Source of the DNA: Dimorphilus gyrociliatus
Lineage: Eukaryota > Animalia > Annelida
Reading direction: 5' to 3'
Assembly: GCA_904063045.1 (NCBI GenBank)
Contig: CAJFCJ010000009.1
Coordinates: 972,942-1,036,941 of the forward strand
Length of the DNA stretch: 64,000 nt
The notes beneath the pieces are model-generated. The model was not told the DNA's origin. It did no database searches and worked only from the letters and a program-made list of their open reading frames with translations. The translations under genes were made by a program, and so were the position numbers. The number at the start of each line of letters is the position of its first letter. Positions within the stretch are counted from its first letter, which is position 1. This document shows, in pieces, positions 60,976 through 64,000 of this stretch.

Positions 60976-62725
60976 ATGAATAGTGTTAATAATGAATGCG
61001 AAAATTTAAGATATTTAAATAGAAAATATATTGAATATTTGAAAGCCGGACAGAAAAAGGCTCACCAGCTTATTATGCTTACAAAATCAAGTGGGAATGT
61101 GGAAACTAGCAAGCATATAGACCAAATAGAACTTTATGATGATCCAAAGGTTAGTGGTACAGAAGATTTTGAAACATTTTCAAGACCTCTCATGACTAAA
61201 GATGATATAAATACTATATGGGTTGATAAGGATTCTCAAAAAGATGCTAGAATGAAGTTGAATTGCTCAAAAGAATTTTCGGCAACTATTCCCAGATCAA
61301 TTTTAAAAAATACTACAGACAGATCTGAAGAAAGATCAGTTAGTGCCTTGGACTGTCAAGAAAAGAAAAATGACAGAAAAAAGAAGCTCTTATTCTCCGA
61401 TGGAAATGACAGACAGAATGCTAGCACGGTATTAGAGCTTGCTAAGAGGAAACAGAAGGATACTTTAAATCAGGTAATATATTTTAATTACTAAGATAAA
61501 AATTCATAAACTGTAATCTGTCAACTATAGAAACCCTCGTCTGACGATTATCCTACAACTGTTAACACTTGTTTATGGACAAGAGGTTAGAATTATTAAT
61601 AAATTATTCTCTATCCTTTGTATTTGAAAAAGTTCAGAAATCATGAAACCTTTTTACTTTTATCATATAACAATAAATTTATAAGAACATTATGACTTTG
61701 CAGGAAAGAACAATGATCCTTTATTAGGATACGACTGGATTGCTGCTAACTTAGAAAATGACGATGATCATAATCTCGATGATAAATCAGAAAATTACTT
61801 CGAAGAGCTTAGACAATTTCGTAATTTACATAGAAAAGAATGCATGACCTCAGCTAATCCATCGTTTGTCTTACAACGTAAAGTAACTGATATCTTATTT
61901 ATTACTGTCTTTCTATAGCAAAATACTCGGTCTCGACGTTGAACGACCAATATCTCCTGAAATATCTGATCCAGGACACAAATGTAAGCTTAGCTACAAC
62001 GCCCTCTCAATCAATTTTTGTATTATATGTTATAGGTATTCATGGATTTACCATCAACAAAAGGCTATTTACAGAGCCGATTTATTCAGACGAACAAGGA
62101 AGAAGTGTCTGTCCTGTTTGTCATACCACTCGAAAAGAGCCTGTTGAAGATGATCCTGGTTTTGTTAGGTTCATACAACTAACTTGAAACTTCAAGCATT
62201 TTTTTAAAAAAATTAATGTACAGAGTCAGCATTCCTCGTTCCACACTAGAACAAGCTTATCGATTCCGTCCTCGAGCCAAAGGTTATTATGAAGGGACTG
62301 ATTCTTGCTCTTTGGCCGCGGTAAGTTCAATTCTAAAGTCAATTTACGTTATATATATACAGTATATTTAAATCTTTTAGCATTGCCAAACTGGATGGGA
62401 AATCTGTCAACCACATATTAAAAAGCCGCCTTCGAATTTGGATTTAAAATATTCTAAGAGAAATCCTGGAGATTTTGTAACTATTGTTTATGCATATAAA
62501 TTTATATATATATACTGCGTATAAATTTTCTCTGAAATTTAACTAAATATTTACTTGTAGACCGTCGCAGACGTGGAAAAAATTGCACAAAGTCATAGCA
62601 GACGCTCTAGATTGACAGATGAACTCTTGGGAAAAGCCCATTCATTCCGTTTGGAACAAAATGGTAGAGAAGATAAAGAACATTTGAGTTTTAGCGGTGT
62701 CTCAACAAGATACCCTGTTTTCTAG
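60976..62725 (+). CDS. MIIP: Migration and invasion inhibitory protein (MIIP) homolog
   Basis: DPLLGYDWIAA, YFEELRQFRNLHRKECM, HKCIHGFTINKRLF, CPVC, VRVSIP, DSCSLAAHCQTGWE. These parallel the MIIP conserved blocks. Confidence 0.85.
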
Positions 62726-63027
62726 TTATTATTTGTTTCTATTTCAATTTGTTCTTTAAGTTTGAAACATAGACTGTTAATTCTCCATAATTTTTCTCTT
62801 GAGAGATCTTCTATATTTATCTCCATATTTTTTTATTATCTCAGCTCAATCCTATTGTGCGATTCAGTGATACTTTTTATACAGGTATAAATCTGAGAAA
62901 TTTATGGCTTGCGAATTTTTAATCTGAAAAATAAATGATCACCTCTTAAATCTATTCATGAAAAATTTATAATGAAATGAAGATTTAATTTTACTAAATG
63001 TGCTTTAAGCGTATATTTCGTAGAGTA

Positions 63028-63874
<847 letters not shown>

Positions 63875-64000
63875 CTGAAATAAAAAAGAACAAATTTAAA
63901 GAATGTTTCATTTGTCTTAGCATGATTCTCTCTAAGATATGTATTAAAAAACTTATGAGACATGCAGATATTTTTAAAAGATCATTCCATACAATTTAAG

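Overview
AT-rich, extremely gene-dense eukaryotic (animal) DNA. I reconstructed about 29 spliced protein-coding genes in 64 kb (about one per 2.2 kb). Introns are mostly 50-70-nt GT-AG, intergenic gaps are a few hundred bp, many gene pairs are head-to-head, and I found no recognisable transposon, tRNA, rRNA or CRISPR. Genes in order: EIF2S1 (3'-truncated), SLU7, TBCEL, CCT7, a 148-aa coiled-coil orphan, a 99-aa tail-anchored orphan missed by the ORF track, BRCC3, SNAPC2-like, a 137-aa type-I membrane orphan, LRRD1, a giant PMFBP1-like coiled-coil gene, NPC2, SAV1, RPL5, an intronless 1160-aa coiled-coil gene, PCMT1, a universal stress protein, WDR3, COG7, EED, SUFU, MKS1, an ankyrin-SOCS gene, IFT27, two tandem invertebrate claudins, ATP6AP1, MIIP and TMEM41A (5'-truncated). 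The gene content (USP, septate-junction-type claudins) and architecture suggest a miniaturised lophotrochozoan genome, e.g. an annelid such as Dimorphilus; this is inference only. The most striking observation is the PCMT1 locus. It has two tandem, equal-length (174-nt) paralogous last exons, a third possible C-terminus, and an optional 22-aa N-terminal targeting-like peptide that sits inside a putative 5'UTR intron. Other leads are hidden alternative exons in the PMFBP1-like gene (a PP1-docking N-terminus and an amphipathic-helix exon) and clustered CLEAR-like elements at the NPC2 promoter. All homology calls come from recalled family motifs, not from database searches.
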